A stretch of 53,948 nt of DNA, taken from IMG/VR virus record IMGVR_UViG_3300037722_000592, positions 1 through 53,948 of that record. One strand, given 5' to 3'. The notes under the pieces were generated by a model. The model had not been told where the DNA came from, did no database searches, and saw only the letters and a list, made by a program, of their open reading frames with translations. Within the stretch, counting starts at the first letter, position 1; every line of letters starts with the position of its first letter. This DNA is from a virus. Its lineage: Duplodnaviria; Caudoviricetes. Positions 38,506 through 47,831 of the stretch are shown here, one piece after another. The position numbers and the translations under genes were made by a program.

Positions 38506-38804
38506 TGCAAATATTCTCGACTTTAAAGCATCTGCTGATGCTGCGGATGTTCCCCGGCCTGGCTATTGCCGGGCTTTACCTGGCGCTGTATCTCTCGCCG
38601 TTTTACCGGCGGATGCCGCCCGACCTCCAGCTTTTCGTCACCAAGCTGTTCCTGCCCGTCCTCGGGGTGGTAGTGGCTCACTGGCTCGGCAAGGCCCTGC
38701 TGCCCACCGTTGAAAACTGGTCCGACCGGAACCAGCAATATATCAAAATCGCGAGGATAGCGCTCTATGTGGCGATTCCTGTTGCTATTGCCCTGGGCGG
38801 TTAG
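38505..38804 (+). CDS. Holin
   Basis: 99 aa, three hydrophobic segments, directly before endolysin. Confidence 0.65.
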   Translation: MQIFSTLKHLLMLRMFPGLAIAGLYLALYLSPFYRRMPPDLQLFVTKLFLPVLGVVVAHWLGKALLPTVENWSDRNQQYIKIARIALYVAIPVAIALGG

Positions 38805-39363
38805 CCTGCTCCCGGTCGCGGCCGCCCAGGCCTTGCCGCGCTGCCGGCAGTACGCCCGGGAGGTCCGAGTCGCTCATTTCAAAGAATTCGGCACGGCCTT
38901 CCCGTGGTGGTATGGGGTTGCGCAGCTGGAAGAAGAGAGCGCCTGCCGGGCCGGGGTTACCAGTAATGACGGGGTGGGCTCAATCGGTTTATCGCAAGTC
39001 ACCTGGTCGTTCTGGGGGCCGCATCTGATCAAGGCGGGGATCCCCGACCTTAAAACGCCACGCAACCAGATCCGCGCCCAGGCCTACATCATGCGCGACG
39101 CCCACCGCCACCGGCATTATCAGCTATGGGTCAGTTATCAGATTTACAACGGCGGCCGCTTGGTTCTAGAAGAGATCGAACGGGCCGGGCTGGGGCCGAA
39201 CTGGCTGGCGGCCCGGAAGGTGGCGAAGCGCAAGGATATCACGTTTTCAAACGGCCAGGTTATAAACGCCGCCGAGATCAATTATCGATACTCGCTCCGG
39301 GTTTACGAACACGGCCAAAAGTACCGGATCGGCGGTGATCCGGAAAGATACCCTTTTTGGTGA
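38767..39363 (+). CDS. Endolysin, SLT lytic transglycosylase with N-terminal signal peptide
   Basis: EES, GLSQ and YNGG motifs; hydrophobic N-terminus ending AAAQA. Confidence 0.85.
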   Translation: MWRFLLLLPWAVSLLPVAAAQALPRCRQYAREVRVAHFKEFGTAFPWWYGVAQLEEESACRAGVTSNDGVGSIGLSQVTWSFWGPHLIKAGIPDLKTPRNQIRAQAYIMRDAHRHRHYQLWVSYQIYNGGRLVLEEIERAGLGPNWLAARKVAKRKDITFSNGQVINAAEINYRYSLRVYEHGQKYRIGGDPERYPFW

Positions 39364-39372
39364 AGGTGGTTT

Positions 39373-39789
39373 ATGTGGTGGACGATAGCGTTACGACTTA
39401 TTGGCTCGAAGGCGGGGATCGCGGTGCTGGCTGTAATCGCCCTGCTCGGGCTGATCGGCTGGCATAAGATCGAGGTTGCGGCCCTGGAGCATAAGATCGC
39501 GACCCTGGAGACCGATATGCAACAGGTTGAAGGGCGGGTTATTGAGGAATTACATCTTAAAAAGGCGTGTCAGTATAGTTTAAGTGATCTCCGGAACACC
39601 GTTACCCGGCAAAACCAGGCAATCGCGACTCTGAAGCAGGAAGCGGCCGCCCTGGAACAAGCCGCCGCGCAAAGGGTCCGGGTGGCGCTAACCCCTTCGG
39701 AAGAAATCGAACGGCGGATTCAGGGGCCGCCCGGCAACGAGGCAATGAATCTCTTTATGTCCGAACTGGCGGGGAGGTTGGGCCGATGA
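39373..39789 (+). CDS. Inner-membrane spanin (Rz-like)
   Basis: N-terminal TM plus coiled coil after endolysin. Confidence 0.75.
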   Translation: MWWTIALRLIGSKAGIAVLAVIALLGLIGWHKIEVAALEHKIATLETDMQQVEGRVIEELHLKKACQYSLSDLRNTVTRQNQAIATLKQEAAALEQAAAQRVRVALTPSEEIERRIQGPPGNEAMNLFMSELAGRLGR

Positions 39790-40100
39790 GGTTGCAGGAT
39801 ATCTACTGGCTGGCGTTATTGCTGCTGCTGATCGGGGCTTTGTCCGTTACCCCCGGTTGCGCACAGAAAGAGCCAATTGTCAAATATGAGACCATCGAAG
39901 TCAGGGTGCCGGTCCAGGTCATCCCCGAGCCGCCCCCCGAACTTCTGGCGCCAATCAAGGCGCCGCTACCTGAGTTTGTCCCGCCCGACGATCCGGCTGC
40001 AAGTTCCGCCCTGACGAGCGAGGGGGAACAGCGCCTGAAGAGGCTGTTGGTCATCCTCCATGGCCGGTCACTGGCGTGGGAAGCATGGGTTGGGAAGTAA
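39786..40100 (+). CDS. Outer-membrane spanin lipoprotein (Rz1-like)
   Basis: Signal peptide with lipobox-like TPGC; Pro-rich mature part. Confidence 0.75.
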   Translation: MRLQDIYWLALLLLLIGALSVTPGCAQKEPIVKYETIEVRVPVQVIPEPPPELLAPIKAPLPEFVPPDDPAASSALTSEGEQRLKRLLVILHGRSLAWEAWVGK

Positions 40101-40269
40101 TATCTCGGCTGGGTACCTCCCTCCATTTTTCATACCATCCCCCGCCGTGCATGGCATACTGTTTCTTGCACCACTTATCTCGCTCCCGGCTGCATTTTGC
40201 CGAGTTACACCAGGGCAGTGAGTCGGGAGCCAGTGGGGTATAGGTGCGGCCGCAGTGCCGGCAGGTCAT
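40051..40269 (-). CDS. Small Cys-rich hypothetical protein
   Basis: MTCRHCG start overlaps upstream stop (ATGA); 3' end overlaps the convergent spanin gene. Confidence 0.45.
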   Translation of the reverse strand: MTCRHCGRTYTPLAPDSLPWCNSAKCSRERDKWCKKQYAMHGGGWYEKWREVPSRDITSQPMLPTPVTGHGG

Positions 40270-40856
40270 ATCCGCTTGAACTCGACCACCCAAACGTACG
40301 GGTTTTTATCCCAAGATCCAGGGCCATTTATTAATTCCCATAAATTTCTAAAGTGGCTCCTGGCGGCGGTTGCTGGCGTTTCGCAGCCCTCGGCGTGTGC
40401 ATCCACATCGCTGATCTTTTGCAACCGCTCCACTCGAACGCCGGTGATCTCCAGCGTAATCCTAGAGGCAGCGCGCGGCATGTGGATGGATGGTTTCCAT
40501 CGACAGACCTTGCCTTCCACCGGGTCGTACAAATCCGGCCCAGTAGCCCGATAATGGATTTCGCCGAATGGATCATCGAGCCATGTCTCTCTCACCCATA
40601 ACATCTCGCCAAGCTTTCCGTACGGGCACTTGACCCACAATGGGTCTTCAATGTTTTGAGGGATAGAATCTTGAAATCTTACATGAAGGCGTCCATCATT
40701 GCATTCCAGTAAAGATACGCGGCGCTCATACCCTCGCAACGCTTCCCAATGATGTGCAGGCGGTTGCGGCTTTATAATCCTCCGCGTCTGCGTTTTCCGC
40801 CCCACCAAAATCGCCTGGACCATCGGCCCGCTGAATAATATCGGTCGCTCTTTCAT
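40266..40856 (-). CDS. ASCH/PUA-like conserved phage protein
   Basis: MKERPILFSGPMVQAIL.GRKTQTRR, LWVRET, WKPSIHMPR, NPYVWVVEF. Confidence 0.85.
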   Translation of the reverse strand: MKERPILFSGPMVQAILVGRKTQTRRIIKPQPPAHHWEALRGYERRVSLLECNDGRLHVRFQDSIPQNIEDPLWVKCPYGKLGEMLWVRETWLDDPFGEIHYRATGPDLYDPVEGKVCRWKPSIHMPRAASRITLEITGVRVERLQKISDVDAHAEGCETPATAARSHFRNLWELINGPGSWDKNPYVWVVEFKRI

Positions 40857-41698
40857 TCCGGCGCCTCCATGTATTCCTTGCCGTCCAGTAAGCGGCCGGC
40901 GGCTTTCTTGCCCATTCTTGCCATGGAAAAAGGGTTGCTCAACCCATGAGAAGAAGGGTTTTGAGTTTTACCGTCACCTCCTAACCAAGTGAACTTCTCG
41001 CCGGTCACCGGCATACAGCTACCGGTAACGCCATATTCTCTGGTAGCGGGGCACCACTCGCCCCACTGCTTGAACATAAACGGCACCCCGCCCGCCGCGC
41101 ACTGGTCCCGAAGAGACCGCACCCAGTCGGGATGGACCGGGCGCGCGTTCGGGCCGCTCTCGCCGCCGCAGATCAGCCAATCAATCCAAATCTCGCCGTC
41201 GAAATTAAGCCATACTCTGTCAAGATCCACCGGCCCCAACATCGGCTCGACCGAGACAAACCTTTTTACCGCCTCGATCCCCAGCAGGATCGGGATCCGT
41301 TTATCGGCCTGTTCCTGATTCTCGACGGTCACCCCCAGCCAGACATTAGGCAGCGGCCAATCAGCCGGCAGCCGGTCCTTGACATTCTCCGGCCGCTTTG
41401 TAAGCAGCAAATAGGTAAGGTGTGGAGTCCGGCGCATAATCTCCCACGCCTCATCCCGCCAACAGTCGGCCTCTTCGATAAAGAAATCACTCTGGGGGCA
41501 GACAAAGACCTTCCCCGGCTCTTTCCACGACAGCGGCTTATCGAAGCCCTTCGTTTTTCGGACCTTATGGAAATCCTGCCCGAACCGCTCAACCATCTTT
41601 TTTGCATAGCAATTTGCGCATCCCGGTGATACCTGCCGGCACCCGACCCAAAATCCATGTGAATAATCAGCCCAAGACACCCCGCTGTTCTTTCCCAT
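40853..41698 (-). CDS. Phage Gp37/Gp68 family (DUF5131) radical-SAM-like protein
   Basis: GC..VSPGCANCYA, LLTKRP, WLGVTVENQ, SVEPML, GGESG, FKQWG. Confidence 0.9.
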   Translation of the reverse strand: MGKNSGVSWADYSHGFWVGCRQVSPGCANCYAKKMVERFGQDFHKVRKTKGFDKPLSWKEPGKVFVCPQSDFFIEEADCWRDEAWEIMRRTPHLTYLLLTKRPENVKDRLPADWPLPNVWLGVTVENQEQADKRIPILLGIEAVKRFVSVEPMLGPVDLDRVWLNFDGEIWIDWLICGGESGPNARPVHPDWVRSLRDQCAAGGVPFMFKQWGEWCPATREYGVTGSCMPVTGEKFTWLGGDGKTQNPSSHGLSNPFSMARMGKKAAGRLLDGKEYMEAPE

Positions 41699-42084
41699 CA
41701 GAATACCCCTTTTATCTCAATTTCAACCCTGGGCTGCCCTTTATCCACCGCCCAGCCGTAGCCTTCCGATTTCCTGGTAATCACCGGGATAACGTGGTTC
41801 ATGCTGTCATCAACTAAAACCCCGGCTTTTTGCAGGACATCCTGAACCCCTTCGATCATGTTGGACAGATCGAATTTCCGTTTTGTTTCCCGGTAAAAAA
41901 ACAGGTGTAGCTCGACCGGGTATGCCTTTACTAATTCGGGCCGGATATAAAGCAGGTGTGCGAGGGCGGTCTTCTCCCATGCCTCATATGCCTTGCTTGT
42001 CCGAATCGAGGCCCGGCGCCCAAGCCGAATAACCCTCTGACTGTTCTTCTTAGCCCGGATATCGCCGGGGATTGTGATTTTCAT
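41698..42084 (-). CDS. rusA: RusA-like Holliday junction resolvase
   Basis: KKNS, DLSN....DVL...G...DD, PRVEIEI. Confidence 0.8.
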   Translation of the reverse strand: MKITIPGDIRAKKNSQRVIRLGRRASIRTSKAYEAWEKTALAHLLYIRPELVKAYPVELHLFFYRETKRKFDLSNMIEGVQDVLQKAGVLVDDSMNHVIPVITRKSEGYGWAVDKGQPRVEIEIKGVF

Positions 42085-42695
42085 GCACTCTCCCCCGGGT
42101 GATAACCAATAGCCTTCTCGGGCCGCTGTGACCCAACCAGAATCATTTTCGCCTTCGCTTGATCGCCAATTAAAACCGGCTCCCCGGTGGCCTTAAATCC
42201 GTGCAGCCTATTGTAATCATCGCACGCGCCTATCAACCTTGGCGCATGTTCTGGTTTTCCAGTTCTTGCCGCGTATCCGCGGTATCGCTGCATAAACTCC
42301 TTACCCTTGAATTCCCATTCCTTTTCGGTGATATTCCCGAAACCGATCCAACCGCCCATATCGGTTATTACCCTGTGGATAATCGGGTCATCGAAAACCA
42401 CGGTTTTGTAGTCCCCCACCATCCGCACCGCTTTGTCGACGCTAGTCCAGGCCAGTAACGCCTGGTCTGCTGTTGATCCCCGCAGCGCCTTAATAATATC
42501 CGCCGGCTTCGGCTTAAACCCTCCGGTATCAGGGTTTTTCATGTGCTCGAAAACCGCTTTTGAAACCTCATTTATTTGAAAATCAGCCAAGGCCTTAAAC
42601 CAAACCTCAGCCAATAGTTTAGAAAATTCCATTTCGTAGACTTCGGACATGGCCATCAGAATTTCAGCAAATCGTTCCCTGTCGGTTTCAGTCAC
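42081..42695 (-). CDS. DUF6475-like replication-associated protein
   Basis: F.PKPADII, AW..V..A...VG.Y..V.FDDP.IH..I..MGGW; follows the initiator. Confidence 0.75.
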   Translation of the reverse strand: MTETDRERFAEILMAMSEVYEMEFSKLLAEVWFKALADFQINEVSKAVFEHMKNPDTGGFKPKPADIIKALRGSTADQALLAWTSVDKAVRMVGDYKTVVFDDPIIHRVITDMGGWIGFGNITEKEWEFKGKEFMQRYRGYAARTGKPEHAPRLIGACDDYNRLHGFKATGEPVLIGDQAKAKMILVGSQRPEKAIGYHPGESA

Positions 42696-43446
42696 TTCGC
42701 CCCCCCTTTATCCAGCTTTCTAACACGGATTTATTACCCATCCCCTTTTTAGTCAAAGCGGCCCGCATGTTCTTTTCGGTCGCTATCTTGATAAACGAAT
42801 CCAAATGTTTTGCATCCCGGCAGATCAACTCGATATCGTCGTATTTCGTTTTCCGGTCGTTTTGGCCCTGATGGTACGGGGAGATGGAACAGCCGATCAC
42901 CGCCTTTTTAATATCATCGCTGCTGTACCCGAGTTCTAATACCGCCTTGATATTCTTTTTCCTTTTTCCGTCAAGCTTCGCTTTCGGGTGATCCAAGGTC
43001 TCTTTCCAAAAAGTGAAAATACCCTCGACATCGGGGTGGAAAATCTTCTGATTTTCGACAGTGCTGTTGTCCTTATTAGGATTAGTTTTAGTATTAGTAT
43101 TACAAGTAGTGTTCCGCTTGTGTTCCGCTAGTGTTCCGCTAGTGTTCCGCTTATGTTCCGTTAATACCCCGGAGCTACCGGAAACAAAGCGAATAAGTGT
43201 TCCGCCACTGTTCCCCTTCCGTTCCACTAGTGTTTCGCTAGTGTTCCGTAAGGGTTCGATAAATCTCAGCACTTTTCCGACCGACCAACCCCACAATTTA
43301 GAATAGCCACGCAAGGTATTTTCGTGGCCGGAATCCCGATCCATTGAATACGAAAACATAGCCTCAATAACCGAAAAAGGACGGTCTATATTACCCATGG
43401 TTTTAACTAGGGCTTTATCCATTGGTATCCAATTGCCTTTCTTCAC
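42688..43446 (-). CDS. Replication initiator (lambda O-like)
   Basis: GNWIPM N-terminus, HTH-like LRGYSKLWGWS, internal iterons, C-terminal IFTFWK...DIELICR domain. Confidence 0.75.
   Translation of the reverse strand: MKKGNWIPMDKALVKTMGNIDRPFSVIEAMFSYSMDRDSGHENTLRGYSKLWGWSVGKVLRFIEPLRNTSETLVERKGNSGGTLIRFVSGSSGVLTEHKRNTSGTLAEHKRNTTCNTNTKTNPNKDNSTVENQKIFHPDVEGIFTFWKETLDHPKAKLDGKRKKNIKAVLELGYSSDDIKKAVIGCSISPYHQGQNDRKTKYDDIELICRDAKHLDSFIKIATEKNMRAALTKKGMGNKSVLESWIKGGRSD
43073..43249. repeat. Replication origin: two clusters of five 11-bp iterons (TAGTGTTCCGC consensus) next to an AT-rich tract
   Basis: Units at 43107, 43118, 43129, 43140, 43151 and, in the same phase, 43195-43249; AT-rich segment 43073-43106. 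Confidence 0.8.
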
Positions 43447-43461
43447 AGAGACACTTCAGGG

Positions 43462-43561
43462 AAAAAACAAATCACCGTGGTCCCGCTACACTGACAAATC
43501 CGCCAAAGAGAAAAGCGGAAAGCCGAAGCGCCCGGGCGCAACTCGGGACCACGGTGATTTG
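43462..43561 (-). terminator. Long-stem attenuator/terminator in the leader of the initiator gene
   Basis: Perfect 18-bp inverted repeat (43468-85 / 43544-61), 58-nt loop, T-tract after the stem on the - strand. Confidence 0.65.
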
Positions 43562-43700
43562 AACTTAGTTTTTTAAAATTGGATTTAAGCATTCAGGCTC
43601 TCTTTTGCTTTGCGATTCCCGATTGTGTGGTTCGGTAGTCATCAGGGACGCTACACCAGAAGGATTAGCTTGTAAATCAAAAAGATTAGGACGAGGTGTT

Positions 43701-43895
43701 TTAGTCAGCCGCGCGGCCATCGACCTGAGCTAGTAAATTCAATAGGCCTTGATAATCTCGGGCGGTAAAACTGCCACCGTCGGCCCGGTAGCTTGTTTCA
43801 ATGAAGGATTGGAGTATTTGAATTTTCTTGACTGCGCGGATGTGTTTGGCGGTTTGCCGGTCTATCAGGCGTGTGAGGTCGTGAAAATTTGGCAT
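43701..43895 (-). CDS. Hypothetical protein
   Basis: GGGGA RBS-like site, operon orientation. Confidence 0.5.
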   Translation of the reverse strand: MPNFHDLTRLIDRQTAKHIRAVKKIQILQSFIETSYRADGGSFTARDYQGLLNLLAQVDGRAAD

Positions 43896-43990
43896 CTTGA
43901 TTCCCCGTAATTACGTTAACCTTTATTAATCTTTCACATAGCCAGCCGCTCGGCATCAACACCTAAATCTCGGCGTCTTCGGTCAAAATA

Positions 43991-44434
43991 TCAGCACCTA
44001 TAGCAATCCATCCCGCCGTTTTCCTCGAACAACCACCGCCGCCCAGCCGTTTCCCGATCCATGCAATGCAGTATATTCCCACACGGCCCCTGAAAGGCTG
44101 CGAGCCCATCCAGGCCCTGCCCGCAACAGACTATTTCCCGGTATTTTTCCGCAATATCACCCCGGCGTTTCCTGCGGTATTTCTTCTGGCTATTCCACAG
44201 CGCACATTGGTGGATATCGAAAAATTTCCGGGTCCTGCCCCGGCTGGTGTCGATAAAACTTCGCCCACAGCCACATTCACAGAGGCGCGGCGAACGGTCC
44301 ACCTTGTCGTTTTTCTCCCTGGGGTTATGGCCAGCCAGAAAGCAGCGGTTCCGGCCGATTGCGCCGGGACCAACAGGGAAGGTGCCGCCGCAACCGCATT
44401 CACATAAGGTCGGCACTGCGTACGATTTAGGCAT
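43991..44434 (-). CDS. Cys-rich protein with two CECGCG motifs
   Basis: LCECGCG twice; AAGGAGG RBS. Confidence 0.65.
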   Translation of the reverse strand: MPKSYAVPTLCECGCGGTFPVGPGAIGRNRCFLAGHNPREKNDKVDRSPRLCECGCGRSFIDTSRGRTRKFFDIHQCALWNSQKKYRRKRRGDIAEKYREIVCCGQGLDGLAAFQGPCGNILHCMDRETAGRRWLFEENGGMDCYRC

Positions 44435-44774
44435 TCAATTCCTCCTTTAGTTTTTTTTCCAGTTCCAATTCGGAGCCGTGCAGTTTCTTGAATAATGCGG
44501 GGGAGCCGTGCAACGAGACATCCCCACCCCTTTCGCCTTCATGGTGATCGTAACAGAGGGGTAGGATTCGCCAATGGTCAACTTTCTGGCCCATTCCCAG
44601 CACACCCTCCCTAATGTGGTGGATCTGCGGAGAACGGCCGCATAGTAGGCAGCCAAGCGCCCTGGCCTGGTTATGGTAATCCTGTTGCGCGGCGGTAGGT
44701 TTACTCCGGCCCCGGCGTTCCATCGGCTTTTTAGGCCGGAGCGGGGTCCGCCGCTTTAAGGGGGGGCGTTTCAT
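44427..44774 (-). CDS. Ref/DUF968-like HNH-type nuclease
   Basis: GCLLCG...IHHIR.G..GMGQK...LPLC..HH...SLH. Confidence 0.75.
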   Translation of the reverse strand: MKRPPLKRRTPLRPKKPMERRGRSKPTAAQQDYHNQARALGCLLCGRSPQIHHIREGVLGMGQKVDHWRILPLCYDHHEGERGGDVSLHGSPALFKKLHGSELELEKKLKEELNA

Positions 44775-44968
44775 TTACGCCACTTGCCAATCAAATATTC
44801 ATGGACCTCGCGGTCGGACGGCGTGGTGATCGAGATACCTTTCAAGCGCAACCTCTCCTGAATGAACTTTGGGAGGTGGTACTGGCCCCCCTTCTTTTCC
44901 CTCGGGATCAGCTCCCTAATCTCCAAGCCGTCGACCACGAGCTTTATGAAAGCGGCATAAGGTTTCAT
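44771..44968 (-). CDS. Hypothetical protein
   Basis: ATGA overlaps on both sides. Confidence 0.55.
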   Translation of the reverse strand: MKPYAAFIKLVVDGLEIRELIPREKKGGQYHLPKFIQERLRLKGISITTPSDREVHEYLIGKWRK

Positions 44969-45501
44969 AAAGCCTGTTTAATCCACCGGTTAATATTAAA
45001 GGCGATCTTCCCCCATATTTCAGGGTGCAGACGTTTTGCGAGGAACATCGAAAACAAGCCATCAATAGTGTGATGTAACTCCTCATACAAGCCAAGGATG
45101 TCCAGAGCCTGCCCGGCCATAGCCAGTTCGTCCTGCTGGTCGGCCCCGGAGATTTTGGGTAAATGGACGCCCCGGTATTCAAATGTGCTACCGGTCAAAG
45201 TTACCCAAAACTCCTTATCGTCTTTTATTATATGGAGCCGGGCTTGCTCAATCTTCTTGCCGGCCAACAACCCGGTGCGGGCTTCCAGTAACTCGCTGTG
45301 CAAGCCGGAACAAGTGATCCGGTCAAGGGTTTCGCCTTCTCCTGACTCCAACACTATGTGCCGTTCAACCGCCGCTGTGACTAAGGAGCCGCCCGGCAAC
45401 AGAAGTGGCCCACCCTGCTCTTCACTGACAAACCAGAGCCAGATCAAGAATTCCTGGCCGAGAAAGGCCTTTCCCGCCATGATATCGACTACTAAATCCA
45501 T
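44965..45501 (-). CDS. RdgC-related protein, second gene of a split pair
   Basis: FLGQEFLIWLWF..E and EARTGLLAGKK motifs; AAGGAG RBS. Confidence 0.65.
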   Translation of the reverse strand: MDLVVDIMAGKAFLGQEFLIWLWFVSEEQGGPLLLPGGSLVTAAVERHIVLESGEGETLDRITCSGLHSELLEARTGLLAGKKIEQARLHIIKDDKEFWVTLTGSTFEYRGVHLPKISGADQQDELAMAGQALDILGLYEELHHTIDGLFSMFLAKRLHPEIWGKIAFNINRWIKQAL

Positions 45502-45516
45502 AACTTTTTTCTCCTT

Positions 45517-46131
45517 TTAGATAAAATTTGAAGGGGTCAGGGAGGCGACAAGATCTTCCTCTGTGGGCGCGAAACGCTGCGCCAACAGATATGGCACCTG
45601 TTGGACAATATGTACCCCGAATGTTTGGTGGAATATCTGTTCCAGGGCGGACAAAGGATTAGCGCTGGTCGAGAAGAACAGCAGAATCCCGCTATTAAGA
45701 TCCCAGGCCATGTCGTAAACCGCCGGCTGCGGCACCGCCCTTTTAAGCAGGTTGAGGCGCACCATTTCCTTAATCTCGTTCTGGTGATCACGGCTCAGTC
45801 GGGGGATTTGGCGTTCCCTTTGGATCCGTTTGGTTTCTTTGAGTACCAGTTTTTTTAGGGTCGCTGCCGGGACCTTGCGCTCGTCGACACGAAGGGAGAG
45901 CAGTAGATAATCACCAACCCGCCACGAATCGTTATCGAACTCGCCATCCAACATATCGTTGACCGATACCCAGCCGGCCGATATCTCATCATAATTGTCA
46001 TCAATATCCCTAAAGGCATGGTTTCTGATGGCCTCCTCGGCAAAGCCGTAGAAATCCCCCGACGGCAACACACGGTGATCCCCGACTTTAAACTTAATAA
46101 AAGCAGTCCCCTTGCCATTTAATAAACCCAT
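45517..46131 (-). CDS. rdgC: Recombination-associated RdgC-like protein (N-terminal half)
   Basis: AFRDID...SAGWV...LSLRVDERKVPAATLK...LLKRAVP.P; AGGAGG RBS before ATG46131. Confidence 0.7.
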   Translation of the reverse strand: MGLLNGKGTAFIKFKVGDHRVLPSGDFYGFAEEAIRNHAFRDIDDNYDEISAGWVSVNDMLDGEFDNDSWRVGDYLLLSLRVDERKVPAATLKKLVLKETKRIQRERQIPRLSRDHQNEIKEMVRLNLLKRAVPQPAVYDMAWDLNSGILLFFSTSANPLSALEQIFHQTFGVHIVQQVPYLLAQRFAPTEEDLVASLTPSNFI

Positions 46132-46132
46132 T

Positions 46133-46696
46133 TCACTCCTCCTTTTGGTCTTTAGGCATATCCGCAAAGGCGGCATGCCGGTAGTGGTGAATATCGTCCG
46201 GCAGCGGGACATGATACTCGGCATAGTCCCACCAGAAGTGGATGATATCGTTTAGGTACTGGATGCCCTCTTCAATCGACATCATGGTGGTGCTGTCTTC
46301 CGGCGCCCGTTTGGCCACATGGTCGCCGTAAAACATGGCGATAAATTGATCATGTAGCCATTCGCGGGTGTAACCGGTGTATTCAGAGAGATCCCGCAGG
46401 AGAACCCCCCAGTAGTAACGGCGCTGGTTGCCGGTCCAGTTCCGGAAAATCGGCCCGAGCAGTAAAAAGACTTCCTCGCGCTCCGGTAACTCGGCGATAA
46501 AGCGTTCATAGGCGGCCCGGTTAACGACATGCAACCCGTCAGCCAGCTTGACTGCAAAGAACCGCGTTGAACCGAGCACCAGTTGCAACCTGGTTTCGTC
46601 TTGGATCCCAGCCACATAGCTATCGAAGCCCGTCTGGTCGGGCAGGAGCAGGGCGCCATCCGCCTGTTTAATTGCGACGAATCGCGGGGTGATCAT
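46133..46696 (-). CDS. NinB-like recombination protein
   Basis: QRRYYWG...LS..TGY....LH...STT.MS.EE...YL..I. Confidence 0.65.
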   Translation of the reverse strand: MITPRFVAIKQADGALLLPDQTGFDSYVAGIQDETRLQLVLGSTRFFAVKLADGLHVVNRAAYERFIAELPEREEVFLLLGPIFRNWTGNQRRYYWGVLLRDLSEYTGYTREWLHDQFIAMFYGDHVAKRAPEDSTTMMSIEEGIQYLNDIIHFWWDYAEYHVPLPDDIHHYRHAAFADMPKDQKEE

Positions 46697-46911
46697 ATAA
46701 TCCCTTTTTCGTAAGCCAGCCATTCCGGTAGATAGATAACCAGGTCGGCCGGCCGCGGGCCGGGAAGTTCGGTTTCGTGGATCTGCGACCTTGGGATCCA
46801 GTATTCCTTGGTGCCGTCGGTGACCAGGATTGCAAAAGTGGTTTCCGCTTCCAGTTCGCAGGCGAATTCAACAAGGTTGCCATCGGGTGACCTTAATAGC
46901 TTTGGCATCAT
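46693..46911 (-). CDS. Hypothetical protein
   Basis: ET..AILV.DG...WIPRSQI...PEWLAYEKG; coupled to neighbours. Confidence 0.65.
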   Translation of the reverse strand: MMPKLLRSPDGNLVEFACELEAETTFAILVTDGTKEYWIPRSQIHETELPGPRPADLVIYLPEWLAYEKGII

Positions 46912-47612
46912 TTCTCCTTAGCAATATAAACGGGCCGGCCGGTTGCGGCCATGACCGCCCTTTTCATCGTAGCAGCATCCGAGTTGCCGGCCGACAAGTG
47001 TAGCAGGTGAATCTCCCGAACCTGGCTTAGATCCTGGTTGGCCAGAAACTGCAAGGTGTTACCCAGCGAGGAATGGCTGAACAGCAGCCGCTCCTTCTGC
47101 GCCATGGTAACTTCGCCGCTGGCGACGTTCCGGGCCAGGATATCCACCTGGTAGTTACATTCGATCATCAGGTGGGTCAGATTCGGGAACTTATAGGGCA
47201 GAAAAGCGGTGTCCGTGGCGAACAGCAGCTTTGCCCCGCCGCTGGCAATCAAAAAGCCCAGCGGTTCGGCGGCGTCATGGATGGTCTCGAACGGCATAAC
47301 CTGGAACGGGCCGATCTGAACTGTTTGACGAGCCTTGATCGTGTGAACCCGGTGGCCGGTTAATCCGAGCGCGTCAATGGTCCCCTGGCTGGTATAGAGG
47401 TCAACCCCGGCCGCCGCAACATCCTTGGCGGCCTTGGCGTGGTCGCCGTGGTTGTGGCTGCATAAGCAGCCGACCGCCGAGGACAGGGTGAAGCCCATTG
47501 CTTGCTTGATCTTCTTGACCGGGATGCCGCATTCGATCAGCAAGACCTCGCGGCCGTTGCTGATCGAATAACAGTTACCCACAGAAGAGGAGGCGAAAAC
47601 CTCAATCTTCAT
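46908..47612 (-). CDS. MBL-fold metallo-hydrolase (YycJ-like nuclease)
   Basis: SSS.GNCY, SHNHGDH, HDA, TDT, ECNY, HLS..N. Confidence 0.9.
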   Translation of the reverse strand: MKIEVFASSSVGNCYSISNGREVLLIECGIPVKKIKQAMGFTLSSAVGCLCSHNHGDHAKAAKDVAAAGVDLYTSQGTIDALGLTGHRVHTIKARQTVQIGPFQVMPFETIHDAAEPLGFLIASGGAKLLFATDTAFLPYKFPNLTHLMIECNYQVDILARNVASGEVTMAQKERLLFSHSSLGNTLQFLANQDLSQVREIHLLHLSAGNSDAATMKRAVMAATGRPVYIAKEK

Positions 47613-47820
47613 TGTCCATCCGCATCCCGGAGTCCAATATACCCATCTGCCGCAGGTGGCGCCCGGGGCTCTCCGCCCCCACCAGGGCCGCAGCGTCTTC
47701 CGCCGAAACGTCTTTGTAAATGTACGACCGACCGGCCCCGAAGGTGATCTTTAGGGTATTGGTTTCCGGGTCGTGGCCGACTGCCGAGATGTGGCTTGAC
47801 TTTACTGTGTGCATTTTCAT
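47602..47820 (-). CDS. KTSC domain protein
   Basis: VKSSHISAVGHDP....L.ITF..G..Y.Y.DV......LVGAESPG. Confidence 0.85.
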   Translation of the reverse strand: MKMHTVKSSHISAVGHDPETNTLKITFGAGRSYIYKDVSAEDAAALVGAESPGRHLRQMGILDSGMRMDNED

Positions 47821-47831
47821 GGTCACTCTCC

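Noticed and set aside
35-40126. Many long - strand ORFs opposite the structural genes (e.g. 15001-16071, 27287-28204, 34593-35498)
   Set aside because: Antisense shadows of GC-rich codon usage, with no recognisable motifs.
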